From assembly GCA_030141605.1 (NCBI GenBank), contig JAQGDQ010000153.1, positions 62,001 through 126,000 on the forward strand: 64,000 nt of DNA, given 5' to 3'. Positions 29,201 through 43,000 of the stretch are shown here, one piece after another. Position numbers and translations under genes: made by a program. The stretch is from Tubiluchus corallicola (lineage: Eukaryota > Animalia > Priapulida). The notes under the pieces are model-generated. The model was given only the letters and a program-made list of their open reading frames with translations, had not been told where the DNA came from and made no database searches. The first letter of the stretch is position 1. Each line of letters starts with the position of its first letter.

Positions 29201-31005
29201 ACTTTAAATGACTGATTATATTAGTGTTTTCATCTATCAATGGTTTCAGAGCTTTCTCACTTTTTCCAGGCACAACCAAAGGTAATTCTGCTTCTGTATC
29301 AGTTAGGGTACCTTTGTTCAACATCTCTTTTGAATTAAAGGCGGTCATAAAATCTGTATACTCTGTTTGCATGTTGATATCTAGCTTATTAAAATTGCTT
29401 TCTACAAAAGTCATTGCATCTTTAGTATCTGGCAAATTTGAGATAGCAATAGATTTAACATCTACCAAATCTGTTGCTTGTACACCTACTGTCACTGATA
29501 AACATGGAAACTGATCTTTTAGCAAAGGCCCAGACAAAATCTTGGTCTGATTAGATGATAATGAATCAAAAGATGATTTACGTAATAAAATTGGAAGGTG
29601 ACTTCGCTGCTGTTCGTGCGGCCTTTTCAGCAGGAAAGAAAGGCTACTGCTACTACCCACACCTTGTCCTAAATCTCGTTCAGAATCTGAATCATACAAA
29701 TGTTTTCCAGCAATGCAATGAGGATCTCTGGCAAGCTTTGCCAGGTTAAACAAATGACTTTTCCATTCTTTGATGTTATCTCTTAGTTGGTTAACATCGT
29801 TCTTGTCTAATCGTATATCCAAATCGTCGGTTTTCTTAAAAGCAATTGCAGCAGTACGAAGTTCTTCTATGGTCAAGCTGTCTGGTTCACGGTCTGACAG
29901 GTCAACAAGTTTTTCGACTTGCATAGAATACTGGGCAATTTTCGTTCTCAGCTCATCTGGAAATAAACCGCTGATTTCCTCGTTGGTTATTACTGTGGAA
30001 ATTCCAAGTTGATCCAAGAAGTGCAACACTGTATATAGTTCAGAACGCAATTGGTGGGGCGACTGCGCATCAGTTTGGCTACGCATTGCCATCATTTCTT
30101 TCCGAACGTATCTCAGGTAATTTCGGAAGATAACTTCAGGTTTGTTTTCTGGATCATGTGCCACTCCCAATTCTGAGTTGGAAATATATACATCTACCAT
30201 ATTATCTCCAATAGTTCCTACCACAGCCATTTCATCAACTGGTTTATTAAATTCATCAGACATTTCCTTCTTAGACTGCTTTGCAGCTCCATCGAGGGAG
30301 TGCGCTGGTTTTACCATATGCACATCTTCATGGCTCATGTATTTTCTTAATATCTCTATTTCATTTGTATACCTACTACATAGGGATTTCAGTTTCAAAA
30401 CTTCTTGCTGCAACTCAACCTGAGATAAATTTTGTAAATTGACAGGAATGAGTTCAAAATCCATGCCATTTTTCACTGCCTCTGTGTCACTTTGCAATTC
30501 ATAGTCCTTTATTACTTGAGTTTTCCCAAATTCCTGAGTTGCAGGTTCATTTAGAGATGTCGTGTCTTTTTCCGTCGATTTCTCTGTCTGCACATCTTTA
30601 TCAAAGAAAATACGTCGCTTAACTGATCCTGCCCGATGTTCCAACTTTTTACGTTTCCTCTTATCTTCTGTAACATGGCTCATCACCATTCCCGACTGGC
30701 TAGTGTACCTATGTTAAAATTATAGAATATTTTTAGAAAATGAAGAAGCCCAAATCATTAATCCTTCAAACCAGCATTGTTTATCCAATTTCAAAAGATT
30801 AAATTCCTCAAAAAGCTTATCAACAGATTTTTTGGAAATAAAATTTTAACAGGAGTAATTTAAAATTTTTTTTTTGTTAGAAATACAAAAAAGTTAAACA
30901 TGTAAGTGTGCAATTGTAAAAAAATTTGCAAAATGAGTTACAATTCTGAAACTCCTACTAGAAATAGCAAAACTTTGTACAATAGAAAGCAACAGTCATT
31001 TTGAT

Positions 31006-31045
<40 letters not shown>

Positions 31046-34000
31046 TAAGTGACATTAGGTGCACCTGACATCAGATTCGCCGTCATCTTCAGATGTAGCT
31101 TCAGTTTCAGAACTTTTAACAGCCAAGTGACTAGAATCTACAGTGTCATCTTGTTTTACTGGGCTCATGGCTGCAGACAAATCAGTTCTTGAACTACTTC
31201 TGCTTCTGCGAGTTTCAACACAAATGTACTCTAATCCACTTTGTCCTAAGAAAGAATTTGAGCAAGGTAACAACATATAATGCAGGCAGCTACAACATGA
31301 CATAAAATTTCTAAAAGCGAAAAATGTACAAAACTAATTTGGTAGTGTCTAAACAGAAGTTCGAACATGGTAAATGTATAAAATTCTGAATACAATATAA
31401 TTCTCTCTCATTTCTTTCTAAATCTTTTGCCAAATCTAAGTCATATACCCGTGGCAAAACTTATTCATTGAAACAAAATTTGCAATTGAATAGCCATTGT
31501 TAACTGCATCTTAAATACTGTACCTGGGCTTAACGTGACATCTTTTTTAGGTTTTTTGTTCAAATGAGCACTAAGCTTTTCTTGCAATTGTGAGTTCAAG
31601 CTTTGTGCATCCTCCAAAGCGTGCTGCAACTTGTGAACTTTCTCTTCCAGCAATTGGACTTTCGAAGTTTCTTCATCTTTACAAAAGCAAACAAATGGCA
31701 AATCAGTCAAGGCGACATAAAATGATTTTCTTTTTCTATACTGACAAACATTTCTGTTTTCATCATTGTTCTGCCTGTTAATTTAGGAAACCATAAAAAA
31801 AGACAAAGAAAATTGTTGTCAAACTAACCTAGGTGTGAAAACAAAAGTCCTCAAGATATAATAACTTATTAAAACTGGGAAAAGTGAAGATTGAAATTCA
31901 CTTTCCTAAATACTAACTTTTCAGTTAATCTTTAGGAAAGTAGGAAAGCTATTTTAGTACTTGACAGAAACTAGGATTAGTTCTCCAATTTCATACCAGG
32001 TGCTTACATTTGCCAAAAGTGTAAGAAAATTAATTACAATATGCAAAGAAATCAATAAGAACAAAAAGTAATTGACAAAACTACAACCACAAGTTCATTA
32101 TCACGCAAAGAGTATCTTTAAATTTGGTTTCAGACTTGCTGCACAGTAACACAGTGTATTTGCATCTGATAGTTTACCTGAGCTTTCTGCACTTGGCGAT
32201 GGTAAAGCTTCCACTTCCATATCATGCATTCCATCTTGATCACCAACAGCTGTACTATATGAACTCCTACAAGAACACATTCTAATAAATGTCAGCAATC
32301 AAATCAATAGGCAACAGATTACAGAACTTGAAACACTTCTAACAATGCACAGCAGCTAACAAACAGTTACAGTTAACTTTATTTAATGTTTACTTTATTT
32401 TTCCAATAAATTCAGTTGTAAAGGCTTTCACATATTGCCAAGCACTGAAAATTGCATATGGATATAAAGAATTTAAGCAAAAAAATTTGCAACACTTATT
32501 AGAGGAAAATATGTAAAAGTTACAGTCAATTAGTATTACCTGGAAGCGCTTGCATCATCGTGAACGCTAACATTCAGATTTAGCTGTATGCCTTTATCAG
32601 ACGACGAATCACCAAACTTGCCAACCAGAAGCCGAAGGTGCTTCAAATAAAAGCAACATTGTTTCAAACAGAAGGCAGAAAAACTAACTTGATTTTCAAA
32701 TTTTTAGGCTATAAAAGTAAAACACAAAACAACCAAAAAACACTTTTAACATCATTACCTTTAATGCCATTTCTAAGGTGATTACAAATATAACAGATAT
32801 AAACAAAATGTGTGCATTACAGGTGCAGGGGATGAAATATTACAAATGCAAGTAAAACTGTATCGATATGTTCAAGAAGCGTCAAAAAGTTTTAAATTAC
32901 CTGATTATCAAATTGCAGTTGTTGGAGCTGCACTTCCAAAGCACAGATTCTCTGCTCCCTATCATCCAACTCGGTTAAAAACTTTTCGGGTAACTAAAAT
33001 TGCACAACCAGTTTAGTACATTCAAAAATTTCGAATTCAAGTTTAATTTTAAAAAGCTAAAAAGAAGCTCTCCTACACTGTAACTTCCGATCAAATCTAA
33101 AGTTGAAACAGAAAACAGGTAAAAAGAGAGTAAACATACAAAAGCAGAAATATTGTATGGCGAATTATGTAGTTAACATTGTTGCCTATTAGGCAGAGCT
33201 GAAATAACAGCAAAATCATAACACTTTTCTAAGTGTTTGCTTTAAAATTTCATAACTACATAGTTCCAGAGGCACTTTGTATTCCCAAATATTTTGCTAT
33301 TAATTGTATTTTCTAATCCTGGCCAGGTCCCGAAATCTCTGGGATAATGACTTTGTCTTTAAGAAAAGAAATATGATTCAGTTTATACTCATAGCAGTTT
33401 TAACTTCTTAATTAAAAACTGTTTATAAATCAAACCGTTAGTAAACTCCTTCAAACCGTTAGTGAACTCCAAATAAAAGTACACTTTTATTAGCAAGTAT
33501 TGTTATTAATAAAAACTTTCTTGTTTTGTTCAACATGATAACAGTAACTTGTTTTCCCTCCGCCACTCTCAAAGCAACATGTATAATCTTCCGGGGAAAT
33601 GACACGCTGCTAATACATGTTTCAGACACAAAAGATTTTACAGTGAAATTGGTGATCATTTAATTTAATGAAGTTCGTAATTAAACTGCATTGTAATTGA
33701 GACGAAGGTGAATCATAAAAAAAAACGAGAAAAACTACAAAAACTGAATTTTGTTAGTTTAACTTTAACGAGCTAGTATTTTATGATGTGTAAATAATAA
33801 AAGAACGAGTCCCAAATAACCAAACATCTATCCTGCAAATCTCGAAATACCCAGACTGAGATTTCCAATTCCATCAGAAAAGGGCGCGGGGTCCCAAATT
33901 TTTGGGATTACAATTTTCGGACTGGAAAATTTAACACAGACTGACCTTAATATAATACCAATGCTTACCAGATTTTTTTCTTCTAATGCTATCAAAAGTT

Positions 34001-37000
34001 CATGAACTTTTTGATTTAGTTCTTTGATATCTTCTTCTTGTTGCATTATTTTGGCTTCACTTTCTAAAAGCTTGTTCTGCAACTGTTTGTAAGTCTTGTC
34101 CCTCTCACTTAGAACCTCTTGTAATTCCTGTAAAAAATGTTTTAGTTTTTTAATATACTAATTGATCCCGTGGCTAGAATTATCAACACCAAAAAATTAA
34201 TTACTTATATATAATCTGAAAATCAAGATTAATGGTTAATAAGAGGAAGAGACCCACAATTTTAAGCATCAAATTTGACTAAACGGAAAGAAATGCAAAA
34301 AAGTTGAGATTGAATCTGGATTCCATCAGTAACCAATAAAAACTGAGTTACAAGAACAGAATTAAAACCAGTTTTGAGCATTTGCTTCATTAACTACTCG
34401 CACAGACAAAATTACAGAAGAATTAATTTCATCAGTTTAATACTTAATAATTACATTTGTGTGAACGAATTAACACTTAGAAATTTAATGCTAAATTTGC
34501 TGGTGGACTAAAGCGAGAATCTATCATAGATAGATCGAACTCATTCCTAAGGCTCTACAGTTGAATCACGCTTGTGTTGATATGATTCATGATTAGCATA
34601 AGCACAGGTCACACACCAGCATGGCCAGTTAGTTCAGTTGATTAGAGTGTGGTGCTAATGATTCTAGGTCTCATTCTACAAATGGATCCAATTGGGATTC
34701 GACTATTAAGGCCTAGGCTATCTTGATCACAACGAGCAGTGCAGTATAATAGTCAACTAGTCATGGCAAGGTACTTGTAATCCAAGTGTTCCTGATTCAA
34801 ATCCAACATAAATAATTAATAATTTTAGTCCTTTAAAAGTCATAAAACTGTCATTTAAACGAGGAATTCCTTTAAACAAATTCAATAATTTGACACCCTA
34901 ACAAAATATTTTATCAATGTAAGAATGAATTAATGCGAAAAGCATTGACTTAATTTAGTTGAGAGCTGTGTTATTTGCAACAGCAAAATAATGACATCCA
35001 TAAAAACTAAACAAACACCAGATAAATATGCTAAAATCATCCATCACTGCACTTAAAATAATTACCAAAGAAATATCTTTGAAGACTTACTTACCTGGAA
35101 ATCTGCATACAAACTCTCATGATCTAATTTCAGCTTGTGCAGTGCATCATCCCTTTGTTTTACTGCTCGATAAAGACCCTCAATAGCCTCATCTTTTTCC
35201 TGCAACATCTTTCCCATTTCAACTTCTTTATCTGCTGCATCTTGGAAAGTGTTTTCATAGTCTGCTAGGTACAGTTTCATCTCCTCTAGAGCTTTGTCTT
35301 TGTCACTAATAATACGATGCAACTCCATAATTGTGTTTTTATTGTTTGACATCTCATCAAAAGGAGACAATTCCAACGAAGAGGTCATTACTGTAACATC
35401 TCGATTGGCTGGTCTATCACCTGCTCCCTACGAAATGTTAAGACAATTTTTACTTTTTAACACATTGGTCATTGGAAAGTGAATTAATGTCCTCTTCAAA
35501 AAATATTTTACAAGACTATCCTAAACCCTATTTAATCATATTCAGCTACTATTGATTAAAACACGTCACTCCTAAATTATAGTTGTTTGCAATATTTACA
35601 CACGCACACACGCATGCATGTAACTTGCTTTTTTTCTTATTTTGTGATAACAGTATTTAACTGTTCTGTAATCACCGATTATTAGTTGCTCTTATCTATA
35701 GCAAATTTACTACAGATAAGTAGCAAAGCTACTTACTATATATATATGTGTGTGTGTGTATATATATATATAGTATAAAAATATTTACTGTTAATAACAT
35801 ACATTGTTACTTTATAACATTTGTTATGTTATCAAAAGATCTCAGTCTTTGTTCAGAGCTTAAGGTATTTTAACATAGACTTTAAAAAAGTAGCTAATTT
35901 CTTCATTAAGAGACTTTTTTCAATTTATATTCATAGTTTTTTGCATTTAATTAATATCTTTACCATCATAAAACATTTACGCTTAGGAACAGTCTGGCAC
36001 ATATGCACATTAGTCAAATGCTTATACGAAAATCTCTTTGAAGTACATAACTACATGTAAAAAGCGATCACATTTATACACGAGCCAAACTGAATTTAAC
36101 TTATTTAAATTCCTTGATATACAAAGCCAAATTTGAAACTACATTAGCAAAACCAGGACTTCTAAACATGTAAGAACAGTATAATGAGATGAGCTACCTG
36201 TATCTTGTTGTTCTCTAACTGTTTTTCTAACTTTTGGTTTTCACATTTCAACAATCTAAGCTCTTCTCTCGTTGAGGCTAGTGCGTTGTTGCTGTCATCT
36301 AGGTCCTGTCCATAATAAATAAATTAGCATGGATGTACTGACAACAAATAAAAAAATTACAAGAATTACTAGACAGACAATGAACTAGAGCAAAATCTAG
36401 AGAAAAGGCATTACAAAGACAAACTGACACAATAACCTTGATATGCTGACAGCATACATTGTTGCCAATTATACAAATCCTTTATAGCAGGGTACTCTCC
36501 ACTTAAATCATTAGGAGGGCACTACGTTTTAATCACTGAGATATCGTATTTAGCGGGACACCAATCAGAAAGCATTTTTGCTCAAAGGAAGTAACATATT
36601 AGACTGGCCACAAAAAGCGTCCATCTGACAGGTAAAGCTAGCCGAACCTGAACCCTGCAGAACAATGTAGTTCCACTCATACTCCAGGTTTTATTATGAG
36701 AGTTCTTTTAGCAGATAAAAGTATGTTCGACCAACTCTTTGGAGGCGCATGTTATGTAGCACGATGTGACACTTTTCAATGCTATCACTTTTCAAAAAAG
36801 GTTAATTCTTTCACTGCTACAATGTAGTTTTCAAACTACTTAGAACTTAATACAAAACAAGTGCAAAACCTTACAATACACTTTATTTATTTTGAAATTT
36901 AGCTACAACTATTTTATAACTATAGCTCAATTTTTGTTATTAACATGTTAGGATTTTTGTTAACACTACTCAACTGTATAAAACTCGAAGAAGTTTTCTG

Positions 37001-40000
37001 CCTTTGATTAAGGCCATTTCAAGTCGAGATAAGACGTCAATCAATAATGGCCATTTTCGTGTATTCTGCATATTTTTAATGTATTCATTAATGCCAGAGT
37101 CATTTAACAAGTGGATGCTGAAGATGCCGAGGTTGACAGGCAAAAATGCCAAAGATGAAATGAATCTCGATATAATAAGAGACCAGTTGCATTTGATGTA
37201 TATTAGTCTTTACTACAAAGACATGTTAAATGTTACGGGGATTATAATTATGCAAAAGTATTTTAAAAAATTCAGCATTTTTCGAAAATACTCTACCTTT
37301 TCAAGTTGTTTAATCCTAGTTTCCAGATGGGATAATTGCAGCTTTGTCTCGGGCTCCAACTGTTCTTGCAATTTAGCAACACTGTCTTTATGCTGATTTT
37401 CCAAAGACTCTAATGCATAACTGGAAAATGTCAACAAAAAAGATAAGACTGCTACAGTATTAACAAAGTAACATATTTTGAGTTCTTTTGCTAACAACCC
37501 CCAGCAGCTATCATACAAGAACAGGCATCACAAGTATACGATGCCATACAGCATGTAGTTTGGTCAAATTGCTGTACATGGTACTTTATGACCAAGAAAT
37601 TGGTAAAACTCTAATAAGCTAGCTGCCACAAACATAAGAAGAAGGCATATATTTCATAATTTACTTCATTTTCTTTTTTTATTTAAAGCAGCATGAACAA
37701 TTGCACAATTTTTTTTGTAAATGTCTTATTGGTAAAATAATCAGAAATTCAGACTATACTGCATAGGTATTGCACATGCACCCAATTTTAGTAATGTAAT
37801 ATAAAAAATGTACAAAAGATGAAAATTTATTCAACCAGACCAAAGTCAGTTACAAAATGCATTCTTCAGCCAACAGCCTTGATAAAGCTGTTACAGCCTA
37901 CACTTCTTCATTAACAGTAGTTTAAGTGTTTGTCTTAGCTACATTTTTCAATAATAAATACTAATGGTAAAGCAAAAATTACTAAAGCAAATTACTTGTC
38001 CAGTTTTAAAGAAATTTGATAAATACCAAGTTGTTGAATCCTTTACTGCTTCTCAATAAATTTAAACGTCATACACTGACCTACAATATTTGTACACTAC
38101 ACTCATAGGATTTAAGTGAAGCTTAAACTGTCAGTAAGAAAATACAAAGAAAAAAGTAACTAGGACAATTTTGAAACAAAGTTAACTGAAAATTATAAAA
38201 TATAAAAAATATACTTAAAATTAAGTTTCAATTTTTAGAAACAGCTGACATTTTATGCAAGTACGTGGTTATTGCAGCTAATACATATTATGTTACTCAC
38301 TTTGCCTTTTTTAACAGCTCCTGCTTTTCATCCAAGCTCTCCTTCAAACTCTCCACCTGAATGTTTAGATCAATATTCTGAAATGCAAAAGCAGAGAGCA
38401 TTTAACATGCACCAGTCTCATTCAGTCATATGAAGAATAAATCAAATTAATGAATGTTGTCAATTATACAGTTGAAACTTAAAGTGCAACAATAATTACA
38501 CACTTTTCAGCTATAACTAATTAATACAGACCACTTCTTTGAAACTTTTGGGTTTTAATTACGATACATTTTAGCCAAATTTCAGAATGTTTGTTTATAT
38601 TTATGGAGACTTCATTTTATCAAATAAATAGTGCAGCTTAAATAAGAATAAAAACAAAATGCATTATTTGCATGCGATGATAAGTTACTCCGTAAGTTAC
38701 AGGTCTTATAAAATTTGAAAGAAAACAATAAAACTATGATAAAAATCAGTAAATTCTTAACTTGGTCTTACTAATCACAGTTATCAAACACTAAGGAGCA
38801 GGTCATGTTTCAGTAAAGGTAAAACCAAAGCAGACTGCAAAATGAAAAAACAAAATCTAAAATTGTATTTATAATCAAGAATAACCCATGCGTGAATACT
38901 TTACAACCAAATCTTGCTTACCGCTTTAAATACTTGTTCCTTGTCAATGGGCACCAAGTCACGCATTTGCTTTTCCATAAAAAATATTCGCAGCTTCAGG
39001 TTAAAATTTTCATGTTTTAAATTCAAGATTTGCTAAACAAAAATAAGAAAAATTGATAACAAACAGATTAAAAAAAAACCATCAAAACAGTTCACTCAAA
39101 AGAGTACTTAAGAATGAAATTTGGTCAACAAATGAGGTGTTAAGTTGAGGACAAAAAGCAAAAGCTTAAGTTAAGAACTGAAATGCTAATGTCTAATAAA
39201 AAGAATTAAATGCACCAAATTGCGATGTGTTTGTCTAGTTGCTATCCTTTTTGTTCACACTGCTTTTATTTATATTCTTGACTTCATAAAAGAATAAATG
39301 AAATGGAAGAATTTAAATTCAACGATATTTATGATATTTTTTCTGCAGTTGAGACAAGATGACTCTTTTTGTTATTTCAAAAAACTATCAAAAGTGTAAA
39401 AGCCGACAAGAAAAACTAATGTATCTATAAAATATAGTAAATACAATGCGTGCACATAATAGCATGCAATATACTACAGATAGTAAGTTAACACTCAAAG
39501 ACCACGTCATATAACTATGAGAAAAATCCGTTAACCTTAGTACAAATAGAAGTATTTACCTGTTCATACTCTTTCATAGTTCTAGGCATCTGCGGAGATA
39601 AGAAAGGCAAGTTTTTTGGTTGAACATCTAAAAAGATAAAATAAATTTACGATTCAGCCCAAAAACATAGATCTTATAAAAATAAACAATTTTAGTATGA
39701 TAAAAAACTTAACTACTGAAGAATACAGATTACACAAGTTTTGTTAATGCAGTTTCAAACACAAAATACTGTCAGCCGAGCAAAGGTTTATCCCTAGAAA
39801 TGCAGTACGTGTTGTAAATACTATCATACCATACATTGGAACCAAAAATGTCACTAGCTAAACAAAGTAAAAACTGCAACTGTAGGTTTAATTATATCAT
39901 AACAGTAAACAAACGAAAATAATTACAGAAAAATATACGGTGATTTTACTTTAATTGGACGGAACATAAAATTTCCAATAAACTACTTAAGTAGGACCTC

Positions 40001-43000
40001 CATTTTTGCCCATACAATTCTTCCATATAGTATTGTATGAGATTAAATGAACAAATGATGCAGCTATAACCTAATTAAAATAACTGTAAAAGCATTAATG
40101 CAGACCCATGCATACATTTGCGTGCATTACATGCATGCCACAGATTAATAATGTTTAATTAATGACTATTTATGAAATATGCATACTGCATAAGTAATGT
40201 TGACGCTGATATTCACTGGCATCTCAAAAAGAAAGAGGGTACAACAACATCTGTAGATGTGCAGAACAAAAAACTAAGGCACGAAATTTTAAGAAATGAC
40301 GCCACGCATCTTGGGCCGGAATGTCTGATACCAACACATTAAATTTGAATAACAAATAAAAAAACAGTGCTGCTGTTGGTCTGCTCCCCAGAGTGAAACA
40401 CCTGGTATCAATTTAATCACCGTATACCTCCAATTGATTAATAATTAATTGAAATAATCGGCATCAAGCGCAGCAGGTTGTTGTTGAAAAATGTACAGTC
40501 AGCTGTACTCTAGCATGGTAATAAGCAATAGCAGTGCTCCATACTTCTACACACTTAATGACACCAAGTCACACTAATGTGCAAGTGTGTGTGTGTGTAT
40601 GCAATAACAATACAATTGAAATTAAATTTTAATTCAAAAAATTATCAACTGTAACAAATTTATTAACCTAAAGAACTTTGTTGGGGTTGTAAGACATTAA
40701 GAAGTCATTCACTAGAGAATTCTTTGTGAGAATTCTATGCAACTCTAGTCATAGCTGATAAATTAATGCAAAATTTTGCAAAAATAGATTAAAGTATTTA
40801 ATTTCTGATAAATCACATTTTTATCTTCTGTACTGTTCATTAGATACACTGTAATTTTCATAATGGATATTTTAACAAATAAGCAATAAAATAAATGAAA
40901 ATTAAGAGAAATTTTAAGTAGGAGAACAAGTACTAACGAGTAAGTTGAAACCTAAATAACCCAGAAGTGTTAGGTTGCAAAAGAAAATTTTAACAGCTAC
41001 AAAACAAGCAAAGCCAGAAAAATGAAGTGGTAAGGCAATTCACTTAAGTGGCGATAAATTAATTAGCTATGAGCTTCTGAATCTCTGTGCATACTGTTTG
41101 CACAAATATGCCTTGAATACGAAAAATTAAAATTAATGTTTACACTAGTATGGCATTACTGATTTAGTGGTGCACCTAAGTACATGTTGCTAAGTACCTA
41201 AATACATGTACCACAAGTACATGTTGCTGAAGTAGGTACTCTAGTTTTGCAGGCCAAATTATATAACATGTAACTTGGCTAACAAATAATTCATACTAAA
41301 GCCTGTCCATGTGAACCAATTGTTCTAAGAATTAAAAAGCAAAAACACCTAAAACTACATGTAACCTAAATTATTCAAATGCCCCAACAATCTTACCTTT
41401 TGTAGCTGCAGAGGCACAGTCACTGTCCTCTTCTGTGCTTAGAGTAATCTCACCAAACACTCGAGGATTAACATTGCTATAACAAAAACAAAAATCTTAT
41501 CAATAACGGCATGATGGATTTAATAGAATGTTCTATATACTGGATATGAGTGCTGGCATCCAGGATACAATACGTCCAAATAAAATTAGACGGCTTGCCC
41601 GTTGAAAATGTCAACAAAATTCTCAGTTGTTTTCTACCAAGATTTTAGTTGGTGTACCAGAGCATCACATCATACAGTAATTATAACAAGGTATTAGTTC
41701 AAGACAAGTCACTAGGTCTAATTCCAATTTAACTGGCCAACTTAAGCTACATGATTGAGAAACATGCAAGAGTTCTGGTGGTTAAAAAATAGCATGTACA
41801 CCAAATGTCAAAGGTTCAACATTGCTAAAACAAATTATTGTTAAATGACGACAACCAGGGCAAAGAGTCGAGGACTAAGTCTTAAGTCTTGCAATACACG
41901 TATTAAGTGGCCAGGAGAACATATGAAACACAAGGATGTGCACTGAAATGTCGACTTTGCCTAGGTTCCACAGCAAAACTTTAGGTCCTACAATAAGGCT
42001 GACGATTGAAAAGTTTCAAATTCGAATCGAATTTAAAATATTTCGAGTTGATAAAAATATACAGACTTGATTTAAAGTAAGCATGTGAAAATAAATAACT
42101 TTCTAGGATTGCAATAGTTCGTCAATAATTATAGATGGGTAAAGCTATTTAAGTTTTTCTAACACTTTTTGTACAACTACTAATGAATGCAGCTCTTCTA
42201 TACAGCTCTTTTGTACAACTACTAATGAATGCTTTACTATATACATTACTGACCACCTCACTACAGACAGCAGCAGAAAATGAATGAATAAAAATTATGT
42301 AGTAGCATTGCCAGATTCCAAATTAAAAATCAGGAACAAACCAGTTATATTGTCAAGGATGGCAGTGATATGTAGGCTAGGCTGGCGATCGACAGAATTG
42401 GGCCGAGCCGAATTTGTCTCAGATTCAGGGAACGAACTTGCTGTTCAGCTGGTATAAACAGGCTTATGTGAAGGACAACTATGTGAACAAAAATTATATG
42501 ACAGCCTCATCCCTTAGTATGATCTATATATTCATGTCACTGTTATCTTTTTATGCCTTTAGCGGTCAGCTGAATTCACTCCAGTGGTACTTCAAACACT
42601 CTGACTAAACTTGAAAATCATCATTCATAGTACAGCCGCGTTCCAATATTTACAACCAAGTTCTGTCTCCCGATTTTACTGCTCGGTGAATATCTGACAA
42701 CCGGCAGTTTGCAGAGCGAGTTAAAATTGCTGACTCAGTTGATTTCTAGCATCTAGAATTCTAGCAGTTATGTAGCACATACAGTCAAACCTCTTTATAC
42801 CACCTACTTTGGGACTGCAAAAAAGCTGGCTAAATAATGAGATGCATTAATACATGTCTATGCAAATATAGATACTTTGCTTTGCCTTTTATGGGCACTA
42901 AGCGATTGGCCTTATAAAGGGGTCATTATAACGAGGTTTGACTGTACTATACTTTAATGTTGCCTTGGCTGTTTAATCACCTACCAGCACATGTATTAAT

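Noticed and set aside
22888-30423. Many plus-strand ORFs (60-139 aa) overlapping the giant exon; similar ORFs over exons 8, 20, 23-27
   Set aside because: Antisense shadows of the coiled-coil coding strand (S/F/L-rich); no independent splice signals or motifs.
36970-37396. ORFs 36970..37152 (-) and 37004..37396 (+) near exon 6 as alternative exons or a nested gene
   Set aside because: No recognisable motif and no convincing in-phase splice sites.
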